A stretch of 61,147 bases of DNA from Candidatus Woesearchaeota archaeon (GTDB lineage Archaea > Nanobdellota > Nanobdellia > Woesearchaeales > ARS49): NCBI GenBank assembly GCA_016929895.1, contig JAFGHW010000048.1, forward strand, positions 1 to 61,147, in the 5' to 3' direction. Within the stretch, counting starts at the first letter, position 1; each line of letters opens with the position of its first letter. Made by a program: the position numbers and the translations under genes. The notes beneath the pieces are model-generated. The model did not search any database, was not told where the DNA came from, and worked only from the letters and a program-made list of their open reading frames with translations. Shown piece after piece: positions 39,354 to 49,700 of the stretch.

Positions 39354-40016
39354 ATGGAACAAATACCTGAATTTTTAAAACCAGAATATTATTTTTCAAA
39401 TTTAGACAAGTACAAAGAAATATTTGAAGGAGTTAATTTTGTTTGGGAAGCAATACCAAAAATTTCTGAGTTTGTCAGGAAGAAAACAGAAGAAGCAGGA
39501 GAAAAAATTATAATTGGCGAAGGAACAAAAATATCTGACGGGGCTGTAATCGAAGGACCCTGCTTAATTGGCAGAAATTGTCAAATACGGCCAGGAGCAT
39601 ATATTCGCGAAAATGTTGTAATCTATGATGGTTGTATAATCCGGGGAGAAATAAAGAATTCATTAATGATGGAAAACAGTGCAGCAGCACATTGGCCGTA
39701 TATCGGTGACAGCATAATAGGCGAAAATGCAAATTTAGGAGCACGAACAACATTATCCAATCTAAAAGTAAATCCAAGCAATGTTAAAATTAAAATTGGA
39801 GATATAATCCATGATACAAAACTGTCTAAATTTGGAGCAGTATTAGGAGATAGAGTCAGTACAGGATGCCATTGTGAAACAAATCCAGGAACATTAATAG
39901 GACCAGGGGTAATGATTTATCCCAGCGCAACAATTGGTCCTGGTTTTTTCAAAAAGAATCATATTATTAAATACAAGCCAGGAATTGAAGTTGTTGAAAT
40001 AGTTGAAAGGAAATGA
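39354..40016 (+). CDS. GlmU-like LbH acetyltransferase (glucosamine-1-phosphate N-acetyltransferase-like, no NTase domain)
   Basis: IEGPCLIG, IRPGAYIR, EIKNS, HWPYIGDSIIG, KFGAVLGD, NPGTLIG. AGGTGA SD before ATG 39354. Confidence 0.8.
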   Translation: MEQIPEFLKPEYYFSNLDKYKEIFEGVNFVWEAIPKISEFVRKKTEEAGEKIIIGEGTKISDGAVIEGPCLIGRNCQIRPGAYIRENVVIYDGCIIRGEIKNSLMMENSAAAHWPYIGDSIIGENANLGARTTLSNLKVNPSNVKIKIGDIIHDTKLSKFGAVLGDRVSTGCHCETNPGTLIGPGVMIYPSATIGPGFFKKNHIIKYKPGIEVVEIVERK

Positions 40017-41083
40017 TACCAATAGCCAAACCAGACATGACTGATGTTGAAGTTCAAGCAGTTGCAGAAGTTCTAAAATCAGGAATGCTTGTTCAAGGCA
40101 AAAAAGTAAAAGAACTCGAAGAGGCATTTGCAAAATTTATTGGAACAAAATACTCTATAGCAACAAGCTCTGGAACAACTGCTTTGCATGTTGCATTGAT
40201 TGCTCATGGAATTGGACCGGGAGATGAGGTGCTTACTTCTCCGTTTACTTTTATTTCAACTGCTAATTCAATTTTATTCTGTGGAGCAAAACCAGTATTT
40301 GTAGATATTGACCCAGACACTTTTAACATTGATGCTTCAAAAATACAAGAAAAAATAAATTCAAAAACAAAAGCAATAATACCTGTTCATTTATTTGGGC
40401 AAAGCTGTGACATGGATAAAATCACAGAAATCGCTGAAAAATATCGTCTAGTTGTTATCGAAGATGCGTGCCAGTCACACGGAGCAGAATACAAAGGAAA
40501 AAAAACAGGCAGTTTTGGAACAGGATGCTTCTCGTTCTATCCAACAAAAAACATGACTGCGGGCGAAGGAGGAATAATTACAACAAACGATGAAGAAATT
40601 TATAACAAAGCTTGTTTATTACGCGACCATGGAATGCCAGAGAGATACAACCACACGATCTTAGGATATAATTACAGAATGACTGATATACACGCAGCAA
40701 TAGGAATAAAACAACTTGAAAAATTAGAAGAATACAATAAAAAAAGAATAGAAAATGCACAATTTTTAACTGAAAATATCAATATTCCAGGCATAATCAC
40801 GCCAAAAATCCAACACAAACATGTTTTTAACCAATACACAATAAAAATAACACCAGAGTGCAAATTCAGCCGCAAAGAATTAATGCAAAAACTAAAAAAT
40901 GCAGGAATTGGGCATTTTATTTATTATCCCTGTGTGATTTATTATCAGGAACCATACGCCGATTATGCAAAAGACTGTCCAATAGCAGAAAAAATCAGCA
41001 AACAGGTATTAAGCATTCCAGTACATCCAAAACTAAGCAACGAAGACCTGCAAAAATTAAAAGAATTTTTTCAATCAATATGA
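40013..41083 (+). CDS. DegT/DnrJ aminotransferase
   Basis: SSGTTALH, EDACQSHG, FSFYPTKNMTAGEGG, GYNYRM. Confidence 0.93.
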   Translation: MIPIAKPDMTDVEVQAVAEVLKSGMLVQGKKVKELEEAFAKFIGTKYSIATSSGTTALHVALIAHGIGPGDEVLTSPFTFISTANSILFCGAKPVFVDIDPDTFNIDASKIQEKINSKTKAIIPVHLFGQSCDMDKITEIAEKYRLVVIEDACQSHGAEYKGKKTGSFGTGCFSFYPTKNMTAGEGGIITTNDEEIYNKACLLRDHGMPERYNHTILGYNYRMTDIHAAIGIKQLEKLEEYNKKRIENAQFLTENINIPGIITPKIQHKHVFNQYTIKITPECKFSRKELMQKLKNAGIGHFIYYPCVIYYQEPYADYAKDCPIAEKISKQVLSIPVHPKLSNEDLQKLKEFFQSI

Positions 41084-42075
41084 ACCAGAACTTCTTCAAC
41101 ACTTAATCTCTTAAAATAATCTCTATTTTTAGGATTTTTCCCGTAAATCTCAACATCTGGCTCGTAAATATCTTCATCTTTCCATAAAGCAACAGAACCC
41201 TTGGTTAAAGGAGCTTTTCTAGCAGGATTTGTAGGACCAAACAACGAAATAACCTTTGCTCCAGAAGCAGAAGCAATATGCATAGGCCCAGAATCACTAC
41301 AAATGACCAATTTGCAACGGCGCATTAATTCACACGATTGAGAAATATTTGTTTTTCCCGCAAAATTAAATATTTTTTTTCTTTTGCACTTGAGCAAAAT
41401 ATGTTTATTTAATTCAAAATCACTTTTTCCGCCTAATAAAAGGATTGAATATTTTTTAGGAATTTTATTAATTAATTCAATGAATTTTTCTTTAGGCCAT
41501 CTTCTTGAACCAACAACAGCGCCTCCAGGATTTTTAGCGCCTCCAGGAACAATCCCAATAAAATTCTTTATGCCTTTTGTTAATTTATCAACCAGTTCAA
41601 TATCCTCTTTAGACACAAACAAATCAATTTTTTTACTTTTTTCTTTAGCACCAACAACTCTTGCCAAATCAAGATAATAATCAATTTCATGCTTTAAAGA
41701 ACCATATTTTACATTAATCGTATTTGCAAAACCCTCTTTTCCACGATTAAACCCTATCCTAGTCTTAATACCTGTTGCAAAACCAAATAATCCTGCCAAA
41801 TAAGCCTTATCCAATATGAACAAAACATCATATTTCTGTTTTTTAATATTTTTTAATAATCTTAATTTACTAAAAATTTTTTTTGAATGAAAAATAGAAT
41901 CATCATATGCAAAAACTCTATTTAAATTATGATTATTTGCTACTGCTTTGGCCGACCATTTTCCAGTATGAAAATCAATAATTGCATTAGGAAATCTTTT
42001 TCTCAAAGCACGCAAAAAAGGAGTGGCCATAAGAATATCGCCTATTGCGCCAGATTTTAAAACTGCGATTTTCAT
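41071..42075 (-). CDS. GT9 (RfaF/WaaF-like heptosyltransferase family) glycosyltransferase
   Basis: AIGDILMATP, RIGF, HEIDYY, RRWP, AGKT, SDSGPMHIASA, LFGPT. Confidence 0.92.
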   Translation of the reverse strand: MKIAVLKSGAIGDILMATPFLRALRKRFPNAIIDFHTGKWSAKAVANNHNLNRVFAYDDSIFHSKKIFSKLRLLKNIKKQKYDVLFILDKAYLAGLFGFATGIKTRIGFNRGKEGFANTINVKYGSLKHEIDYYLDLARVVGAKEKSKKIDLFVSKEDIELVDKLTKGIKNFIGIVPGGAKNPGGAVVGSRRWPKEKFIELINKIPKKYSILLLGGKSDFELNKHILLKCKRKKIFNFAGKTNISQSCELMRRCKLVICSDSGPMHIASASGAKVISLFGPTNPARKAPLTKGSVALWKDEDIYEPDVEIYGKNPKNRDYFKRLSVEEVLVHID

Positions 42076-42097
42076 TATTTTAATAACAAAAATATGA

Positions 42098-42145
42098 TTT
42101 AAAAATGTTGTGGACTAGAAAATGCATGTTCATAAAATTTATAAA
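42098..42145. promoter_or_regulatory. Divergent TATA boxes
   Basis: Minus-strand CCACAACA-TTTTTAAA at 42098-42105. Plus-strand TTTATAAA at 42138-42145. Confidence 0.6.
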
Positions 42146-42171
42146 CCTATTTTTAGCATGAACTTGTCAAA

Positions 42172-43527
42172 ATGAGATTGATTGACAAACTAAATCTTCT
42201 CCAAAACAAGAAGATTTTAGTGCTAGGAGACTTGATGCTTGATGAGTATGAATACGGCGAAGTTTCCAGAATATCGCAAGAAGCTCCTGTTCAGGTAGTA
42301 AAGTTTGAATATTCAAAAAAAGTTATTGGAGGGGCGGGAAATACCGCCAATAACCTTGTTTCATTAGGGGCAGAAGTTTTTCTTGCAGGGATTGTTGGAT
42401 CTGATCGGAAACACAAAGAACTTCTTGAATGTCTTAAACAAGCCAATATTAATTCAGAAGGAGTTATTACTGATAATACAAAGCCGACCATTGTGAAAAA
42501 AAGAATAGTTTCTGGAAAAAATCAATTAATACGAATCGATTATGAAGATAATAAACCCATCGATCATGAAGCACAAGAGAAAATTAAGCAATTCATACAG
42601 AAAAAAATAGATTTAGTAGATGTTATAGTAATCAGCGATTATGACAAAGGATTAATTAATGTTGACTTAATGAAATTTTTAATCAACTTATCTAATGAAA
42701 AAAAAATTCCGACTGTTTTAGACGGCAAATCACAAAATTTAGAATGTTTTAAGGATGTAACTTTAATAACACCCAATATACAGGAAGCCAGGCAAATGTC
42801 AGGCATTTATGACAACGTGGAAGAGATGGGCAAAGTTTTGGTTTCCAGGTTAAACACGAATCTTTTTTTAACTCGCGGAGCGGATGGGATATCTGTTTTT
42901 GAGAAAAATGGAAAAATAACTCATGTCCCAACTAAAAAAGTCCCAGTTTACGATGTTACAGGCGCAGGAGACACGGTTGTTGCAATATCCGCGCTTGGAC
43001 TGGCCAGCGGAATGAATTTTAAAGAAATCGCAGAAATAGCAAATATTGCAGGAAGAATAGTTGTTCAAAAACCGGGAACAGCTACTGTAACATTAGAAGA
43101 AATACGAAAAACAATGGATTCTATTTCTATACGAGAATCGCATGAAAAATACAAAAAAAAATGGGGCTATGAAGAATGGATAGTTAATTTAGATTCAGCA
43201 GGTTATTGCGGCAAAAAATTAATTTTAAATAAAGGTTATCAATGTTCTATACACTATCACAAAGAAAAAGATGAAGTTTTTTATATAAACAAAGGATTTG
43301 TATTGATGACTATCGATGGAAAACAAGAACTAATGAAACCAGAATCAAGAATACGAATCGAACCAGGAACAAGACACAGATTTATTGGGTTAACAGATGC
43401 AGAAATAATAGAGATTAGTTCATTTCATAAAGAAGAAGATAGTTATAGAGATGAGCCAAGCGGAAGGGTAAATGAGGAGAAGTTTAAAAATTATATTAAA
43501 AAATATTCAGATGAAATAAATGAATAA
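42172..43527 (+). CDS. rfaE1: D-glycero-D-manno-heptose-7-phosphate kinase (HldE kinase domain) fused to a C-terminal cupin
   Basis: VLGDLMLDEY, RISQEAPV, GGAGN, QLIRID, SDYDKG, TPN, DVTGAGDTV. Cupin from ~43150: KWGYE...CSIHYHKEKDEVFY...RHRF. Confidence 0.88.
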   Translation: MRLIDKLNLLQNKKILVLGDLMLDEYEYGEVSRISQEAPVQVVKFEYSKKVIGGAGNTANNLVSLGAEVFLAGIVGSDRKHKELLECLKQANINSEGVITDNTKPTIVKKRIVSGKNQLIRIDYEDNKPIDHEAQEKIKQFIQKKIDLVDVIVISDYDKGLINVDLMKFLINLSNEKKIPTVLDGKSQNLECFKDVTLITPNIQEARQMSGIYDNVEEMGKVLVSRLNTNLFLTRGADGISVFEKNGKITHVPTKKVPVYDVTGAGDTVVAISALGLASGMNFKEIAEIANIAGRIVVQKPGTATVTLEEIRKTMDSISIRESHEKYKKKWGYEEWIVNLDSAGYCGKKLILNKGYQCSIHYHKEKDEVFYINKGFVLMTIDGKQELMKPESRIRIEPGTRHRFIGLTDAEIIEISSFHKEEDSYRDEPSGRVNEEKFKNYIKKYSDEINE

Positions 43528-44107
43528 AGCAATATTCTTAGATAGAGATGGGACGATTAATGTAGATGATAAAGAAATATTTTTGCCTCGTTTGAATAAA
43601 AAAGTAAAAGGATATATTCATAAAATAGAAGATTGGGAATTTATACCCAAAGCATTGGAAGCCTTAATAAAGCTGTCTGAGTCTGAATATAAATTGATAA
43701 TAATAACAAATCAATCAGGGATTGGAAGAGGTTATTATACAGAAGAAGATTTAAAAAAGCTACATTTGCATGTCCTTTCTTATAATCATGTAAGAATAGA
43801 TGGAGTATATTTCTGCCCACATCATCCTGAGAAAGCAAGGGGGGTCTATAAAAAATTTTGCGACTGCCGAAAACCTGGAATAGGTTTGATTAAAAAAGCG
43901 GCCCAAGAACATAATATTGATTTAACCAAAAGTTATATGATTGGCGACAAAACAACAGATATTGAATGCGGCCGAAGAGCGGGATGCAAAACAATACTTG
44001 TAGAAACAGGAAATGCTGGAACAGACGGAACATATAACGCAGCTCCTGATTTTACTGCAACAAATTTGCATATGGCTGCAGAAATGATACTTAAGCAAAA
44101 TGAATAA
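43520..44107 (+). CDS. gmhB: Heptose-1,7-bisphosphate phosphatase
   Basis: FLDRDGTIN, TNQSGIGRG, CPHHP...CDCRKP, MIGDK. Confidence 0.92.
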   Translation: MNKAIFLDRDGTINVDDKEIFLPRLNKKVKGYIHKIEDWEFIPKALEALIKLSESEYKLIIITNQSGIGRGYYTEEDLKKLHLHVLSYNHVRIDGVYFCPHHPEKARGVYKKFCDCRKPGIGLIKKAAQEHNIDLTKSYMIGDKTTDIECGRRAGCKTILVETGNAGTDGTYNAAPDFTATNLHMAAEMILKQNE

Positions 44108-44585
44108 AATAAAAACAAAACAGGAAATAGCTGTGATTTGCGAAGAACTAAGAAGCCAAGGCAAGAAAATAGTAACGACCAATGGCAGTTTTGATATTCT
44201 CCATTACGGGCATGTATTCGCTTTTAACAAAGCAAAAGAACAAGGAGACATATTAATTGTCGGTCTTAACAGCGATATTTCCATTAAGAAATATAAAGGC
44301 AATGACAGACCGATAATACCACAAGAATACAGAGCAAAGTTATTAGCTGCTTTGGAATGCGTGGATTATGTTGTGCTTTTTGATGAAACAATACCTAATG
44401 ATTTTTTGGAAAAAGTAAAACCAGATGTTCATGTAAACGAAGCAAACTACGGAGAAAATTGCATAGAGGCGCCTGTTATTAAAAAACATGGCGGAAAACT
44501 TTATTTATTTAAAAGAGAAATTGAAGGAGTATCTACAACAGGAATTATCCATAAAATATTGAATGTCTATGGTAAAAAAGATTAA
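44100..44585 (+). CDS. rfaE2: Heptose-1-phosphate nucleotidyltransferase (HldC/RfaE2-like)
   Basis: TNGSFDILHYGH, GLNSD, KGNDRPI, VDYV, STTGII. Confidence 0.88.
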   Translation: MNKIKTKQEIAVICEELRSQGKKIVTTNGSFDILHYGHVFAFNKAKEQGDILIVGLNSDISIKKYKGNDRPIIPQEYRAKLLAALECVDYVVLFDETIPNDFLEKVKPDVHVNEANYGENCIEAPVIKKHGGKLYLFKREIEGVSTTGIIHKILNVYGKKD

Positions 44586-45694
44586 ATTAATTTTTCTGCC
44601 TCTTTATATACTTCGCCGACAGAAATTAAATTAATGCAATTCTTATTATTTTTGCATTTAGAAGGCAATTGTCCCTTATGAACATTAATGCAAGGCCGGC
44701 ATCTTAAAGGTTTTTCTAAGGAAACATTCTTTTTTCCAAAGGGAGCAAATCTAACAGATAAATTAGGGCCAAAAAGGCCGATTGTTTTTGTCCCCTGTGC
44801 TGCGGCAACATGCATGGGGCCAGTATCATTGCTGATAAATAACTTACATTTTTTAACAAGATAAAATAATGCGGTTTTGGATGTTTTGCCGGCAAGATTT
44901 ATCGACGATGAATTCATTATTGAACGAATTTTCTCTATTCTTTTGTGCTCATTAGGAGATCCGACAAAAATAATTTTTGCATTCTTTTTTTTAGCTAATT
45001 TATCTGCAAGCTTGGCAAAATTCTCAGCAGACCAGGACCTGTGCTTGGCAGACTCAGCAGTCCCCGCACACAAACCGATAATCTTATCCTTTTTTTTGAT
45101 TTTTGCCTTTTCAAGAATTGAATTTACTTTAGTTTTATCATTACTTGAATAAGAAAGTTTTACAAGACTTTTGGGGGCATGATAAATTCCTAATTGCTTT
45201 GCCATATCCATGTACGTCAAAACTTCATGCTGTTTATCATTAAAATCAACAGGATGCGTATACAACCAATAACGAACAGTATGAGAAAAACCAATTCTTT
45301 TCTTAGCGCAAAACCAAGAAAGAAGTCCGCTCAATTTAAGATAAGGTTCGCAATCGATTGACAAATCGAATTTACTGAACATTTTTAAAAATTTTAAAGC
45401 ATTTCTTGGCTCGATTAAGATTATTCTGTTAATAAACGGAAGATTTTGAAATACATGAGCATTTTTATCCCTGGCTAAAATAGTAATATTAGAATCAGGA
45501 TATTTGTGTTTAATACTTTTAATCATAGGCAATGTAAGAACTGATTCTCCAAGAGCCCATAATTTTATTACAGCAATATTATTTAACTTTTTTATTTTCT
45601 TATTTTTAGAAGGCAAAATTCTATTATTTATTCCTAACACAAAACAAAGAAAAGAACCTATACATTTATCAATCAGCCATTCTATTTTTGCCAT
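44582..45694 (-). CDS. GT9 (heptosyltransferase family) glycosyltransferase
   Basis: ALGESV, RIGF, HEV, RSWS, LAGKT, NDTGPMHVAAA, LFGP, CRPC. ATG 45694 (MAKIEW) preferred to TTG 45721. Confidence 0.9.
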   Translation of the reverse strand: MAKIEWLIDKCIGSFLCFVLGINNRILPSKNKKIKKLNNIAVIKLWALGESVLTLPMIKSIKHKYPDSNITILARDKNAHVFQNLPFINRIILIEPRNALKFLKMFSKFDLSIDCEPYLKLSGLLSWFCAKKRIGFSHTVRYWLYTHPVDFNDKQHEVLTYMDMAKQLGIYHAPKSLVKLSYSSNDKTKVNSILEKAKIKKKDKIIGLCAGTAESAKHRSWSAENFAKLADKLAKKKNAKIIFVGSPNEHKRIEKIRSIMNSSSINLAGKTSKTALFYLVKKCKLFISNDTGPMHVAAAQGTKTIGLFGPNLSVRFAPFGKKNVSLEKPLRCRPCINVHKGQLPSKCKNNKNCINLISVGEVYKEAEKLI

Positions 45695-46028
45695 TGCCTT
45701 TTTTGAAACCTCTAATTGCAAGTTCGCGCGTTAATGTGCTAATATTCTGCTCCAAGCTTTCAAATTTAACATAAATTCTAAAAATCATATAAAACAAAAG
45801 AATAATACTTAAATATGCAACAAAATCTGTGCCTCGTTTTATCCCAACTAAGTCTGCAAAGTATGAAACTCCGTGAGGAGCGAAAGCAAAGACAACTGCG
45901 AGAGTCCAGAGAATAGTCCAAAATAACAGTCCTTGCCTGCTTATTTTTTTATCTTTAAATCTTAAAAAAGCCCTGCTTATAGCAAATAAAGCCACAAGTA
46001 CAATACATAATTTTATTATCCAATACAT
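45669..46028 (-). CDS. DUF2304-family small membrane protein
   Basis: Three TM segments, LLFW..LW, GIKRGTD, LTRELA. Typical partner of an upstream GT2. Confidence 0.85.
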   Translation of the reverse strand: MYWIIKLCIVLVALFAISRAFLRFKDKKISRQGLLFWTILWTLAVVFAFAPHGVSYFADLVGIKRGTDFVAYLSIILLFYMIFRIYVKFESLEQNISTLTRELAIRGFKKGNGKNRMAD

Positions 46029-46031
46029 TTT

Positions 46032-46712
46032 TTACCTCGCAATTTTTTTTAAAATCATTCCTGCAATGACTTTAACCGCGCCCAAATAGGATCCATGCCC
46101 TTTTTTTAATGTTTCTTTATCATATTTAATAGTAACAGGCACTTCTTTAAATCTTATTTTTTTCTTGTGAATTTCTTCAATTATCTCTGATGCATGAGCC
46201 ATTCTATCGCATGTGATAGATATTTTCTTTGCTGCTGTCTTGGACATGGCACGCAATCCGTTATGAGCATCACTCATTTTTATTCTGTAAAACAAAAACA
46301 TAACCAAAACCGAACCCTTTAAAAGAATCTTTCTGAAAAAAGGAACCTTGCTCTTTTCAATGAACCTTGAACCAATAGTTATATCAGCTTCGCCTTTAAG
46401 TATTGGTTCAAGAATAGATTTTAAGTCTTCTACTCTATGCTGACCATCAGAATCAAATGTAACAATTACGTTGGCATCATTTTGCAAAGCAAAATCAATT
46501 CCGGTTTTTAACGAAGCTCCCTGGCCTCGGTTAATAGCATGCTGTAATAAATAAACTGGGAATTCGGAGGCTATGGCGTATGTATTATCTCCGCTATGAT
46601 CATCTATAACAACAATTTTATCATAATTCGCTTTTAATAAATTAGAAATAACTCCAGAAATAGCTTTTTCTTCGTTAAAAGCAGGGATAACAATAAAGAT
46701 TTTATCAGTCAT
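46032..46712 (-). CDS. GT2 polyprenyl-phosphate sugar synthase-like glycosyltransferase
   Basis: VIPAFNEE, IDDHSGD, NRGQGA, TFDSDGQH, GSRF, DAHNGLR. TATA at 46735-46742. Confidence 0.92.
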   Translation of the reverse strand: MTDKIFIVIPAFNEEKAISGVISNLLKANYDKIVVIDDHSGDNTYAIASEFPVYLLQHAINRGQGASLKTGIDFALQNDANVIVTFDSDGQHRVEDLKSILEPILKGEADITIGSRFIEKSKVPFFRKILLKGSVLVMFLFYRIKMSDAHNGLRAMSKTAAKKISITCDRMAHASEIIEEIHKKKIRFKEVPVTIKYDKETLKKGHGSYLGAVKVIAGMILKKIAR

Positions 46713-46754
46713 ATTTTTTTTTTAGAAAAATTTGTTTATAAGCTTTTTGGACTA

Positions 46755-49700
46755 TCAATCTATCTCGATAATTTTTATCTTAAAATTTAACGTCTGATTT
46801 CCAAGAGGATGTTTTTTAGCATTAATACCATAAGCATCTTCAGGGGCGATTTTTGTAGTCTTGACAGAACCTTTTTGCATACCTTTAACCCCTTCATCAA
46901 AACCCTTAATCATTTTTCCTTCGCCCACTTTGAATTGCAAGGGAGTATTTTCATATTCATCAAAATCTGCGTTTTTGGAAATATTTTTAGAGTTCCAATC
47001 ATTTATACTCGAATCAAAAACAGTTCCATTTTCAAGCCAACCAATATATTCAACAACAACAATATCGCCTTTGGAAACAATTGTCTTTTCAATCAAATCA
47101 GGATGAATATTGGGCTTATGGCCCTCCCAATCTGCTTTCCAAACATAAATCATTCCGCCAGTGACCTGCCTTTGTTCATCAAAAAGATCAAAATGTTTAA
47201 GTCCATGACCTTTTAAGAAAAATAATCTTGTAAACATGCTCATAGCAAGCTCTTTTGAAACAAGAATACTACTGTATCCGCTTCCTTCAGGAATCAAAAC
47301 AGCAGAAATTTCAACTTCAGTATTATCGAATTCTTTTTCAATTACTTTTTTAGATTCTTTATCAATATAAACCAAAGATTTTGGAACTCCTGCTCTATTT
47401 TGGATATTAATTAATGCGGTATATTCTGAATTATTCTTCTTAACAATCAAGCCATTACTGCATTTAATTATATTGTTGCTTTCTGCGCACCCACTAATAC
47501 TTGAAGCAAAACCAGGCCATGGAGAAATCCATGCATTTGCTTCTTTCTCATCTGTAATAGCTTGGGCTTCAAAATAAATATTCTCTGCTTGTTCTTCACT
47601 AAAATTATATTTTTCAACCATTGTTTGAACCGCTTCTGTCCTATCAAGACGCCTTAAATTAACCCAAACATCTGCACGTTTAAAATCCCATCCACCAAAA
47701 TGCGCCCAAACTCCTGCCTTATTAATCATATCCGCGGAAGTAATAAAATAATTTTCAGGAGGAGAACAATGAGTATATTGAAGAATTTCTTCCGGATCAT
47801 CAAAATATTCTGTTAAAATATCTTTTGCCTCTTCTTTCCCAACAGTGATTATTGTATAAATTAAATCAACACTTTTGGCAGTATCTTGAAGTTTTTCATT
47901 AATCAATTCAAATGCATTATTTGAACCGCAATCAAGCATGCGCAGAATACCAACAGCAACATCTTCATTATCTGTTAGAAGCGCCTTACCAATCCAATGA
48001 GCATGAGGATAATTCTGTGTTGCTCCGTCAAAAGTAACTGCCCTATCCGCAATATACTTAAAATGATGACCAAAATCCCACCAAGAATTAATAATTGCAT
48101 TAGGCGCAGATTCTTCTTTAATCTTAGTCAATGAATTCCACCAAGCATCATTAATTATAGGAAAATTATTGTTAATAGATGCATAACTGCTTTTAGTAGG
48201 CGAAATAAGCAAGATTCCAAATATTGTGATAATTACAATGCCAGAAACCCATTTTGGAATCTTTAACTCTTTTTTCATCCATTTAGAAACCCAAATATGA
48301 ATCATGCCTGCGGCAACACCAAAAGCAATTGAAAAAGCAGGCACTAAAAGTAAAACAAATCGAACACCTTTTGTTGAAGCGTATATCGTGCTCGCAAACC
48401 AAACAATCAATAAAACTGCATATTTAATATCCCTCCTTTTTCCTGAAGAATCTTTAATGGTTAGAGTTAATAGAATCCCAATTGAACTAATTAAAAAAAG
48501 AAATTTTCCTCCAATGCCATCAATAATCGAAGATATAGATGCGGGATTAAGTTCTGCAACAGTAGTGTAAACATTAGGCCATAAGTTAGCATGTGACGCT
48601 GCTTTGATTACTGTGAATGTAAACGGGGCAAGAATAATATTGGTAAATGAATCCACGCTTGAAAAGATACTTATAAATATTCCTGAGAAAATAAAAAAAG
48701 TGCATGCTATTAAAAAAATATTTTTTAATTCTCTACTTTCTTTAAGAAAACTTGGCTTTTTTATGATTTCTGTATAATTAAAAATGATTAAATAAGCCAA
48801 ATTTATAAATAACGTAATCAATAAGAAGTAGAAAACATACCACCAGCCCCCGGCCCATGCTTTTGAAAAAATTGCAAGAGAAAATGCAGTAAGAGCAGAG
48901 AATAAAAGTTTCTTTTTATAACTTTTGGCAATAATGCTTTCTATAAACAACCAAACTATCAGAATAGGAAAAAATATATTATACGCATCTGTATCTGCGT
49001 GCCCCCAAGGAGTTCTTCCAAGGGCGCCAACATTTAAAACCATCATAGACGCGGCAAAAAAACCTCCAACATTCCCTGCTAACCTTTTTCCAATAAAGAA
49101 AATTGGAAACAAAGACAGAAAAATCATTATAATGGGAAAATATGTTGCAGACTGCATCAATGGAATATTTGAATTAAAAAAACTCATTATTTTATACAAA
49201 AAAACAAGAAAAAAATGATGAAAATTAATACTTACTCGTCTTCCAAGCGGAGCAAGTGAATGATCATCCCATGTTGTGCCATCTTTGATAGTATCCGCAA
49301 AACTTCCAGTTTCAATTTTATTTCTCGCGAATCTCAAATAAGTATAAGGATCAATATCTGGCATGTATACATATGATTTACCATTACTTTCATATTGGAA
49401 TCTTGAACGAAATTGTTTGGCCATTTCTTTTATTTGCGCATCAACAGTTTCTTTTTGTTCAGAAAGAATTTTATTAAGCTCTTTATCAACTAACTTATTT
49501 TTATTTTCTTCAGGAAGATTTGGGTATTGCCTGTTGATTTGCTCACTAATCTGGTTCTTGTAAAAATTATGAACCGAATCTGCGGCCCAATTATCAATCT
49601 GAGGCAAATTCTGTGACTGCATTCTCATCCAAAGACCGCCCCAGGGGAAAAAGCCTGCGTTAGGCATGAACTGTAAAATAATCAAAAGTACCAGAATAAA

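Noticed and set aside
41071..45694. Bacterial LPS core locus, implying the contig is bacterial
   Set aside because: Archaeal TATA promoters flank these genes, no lipid A or Kdo genes are seen, and AglB, a PGF-pre-PGF protein and an intron-containing tRNA lie on the same contig.
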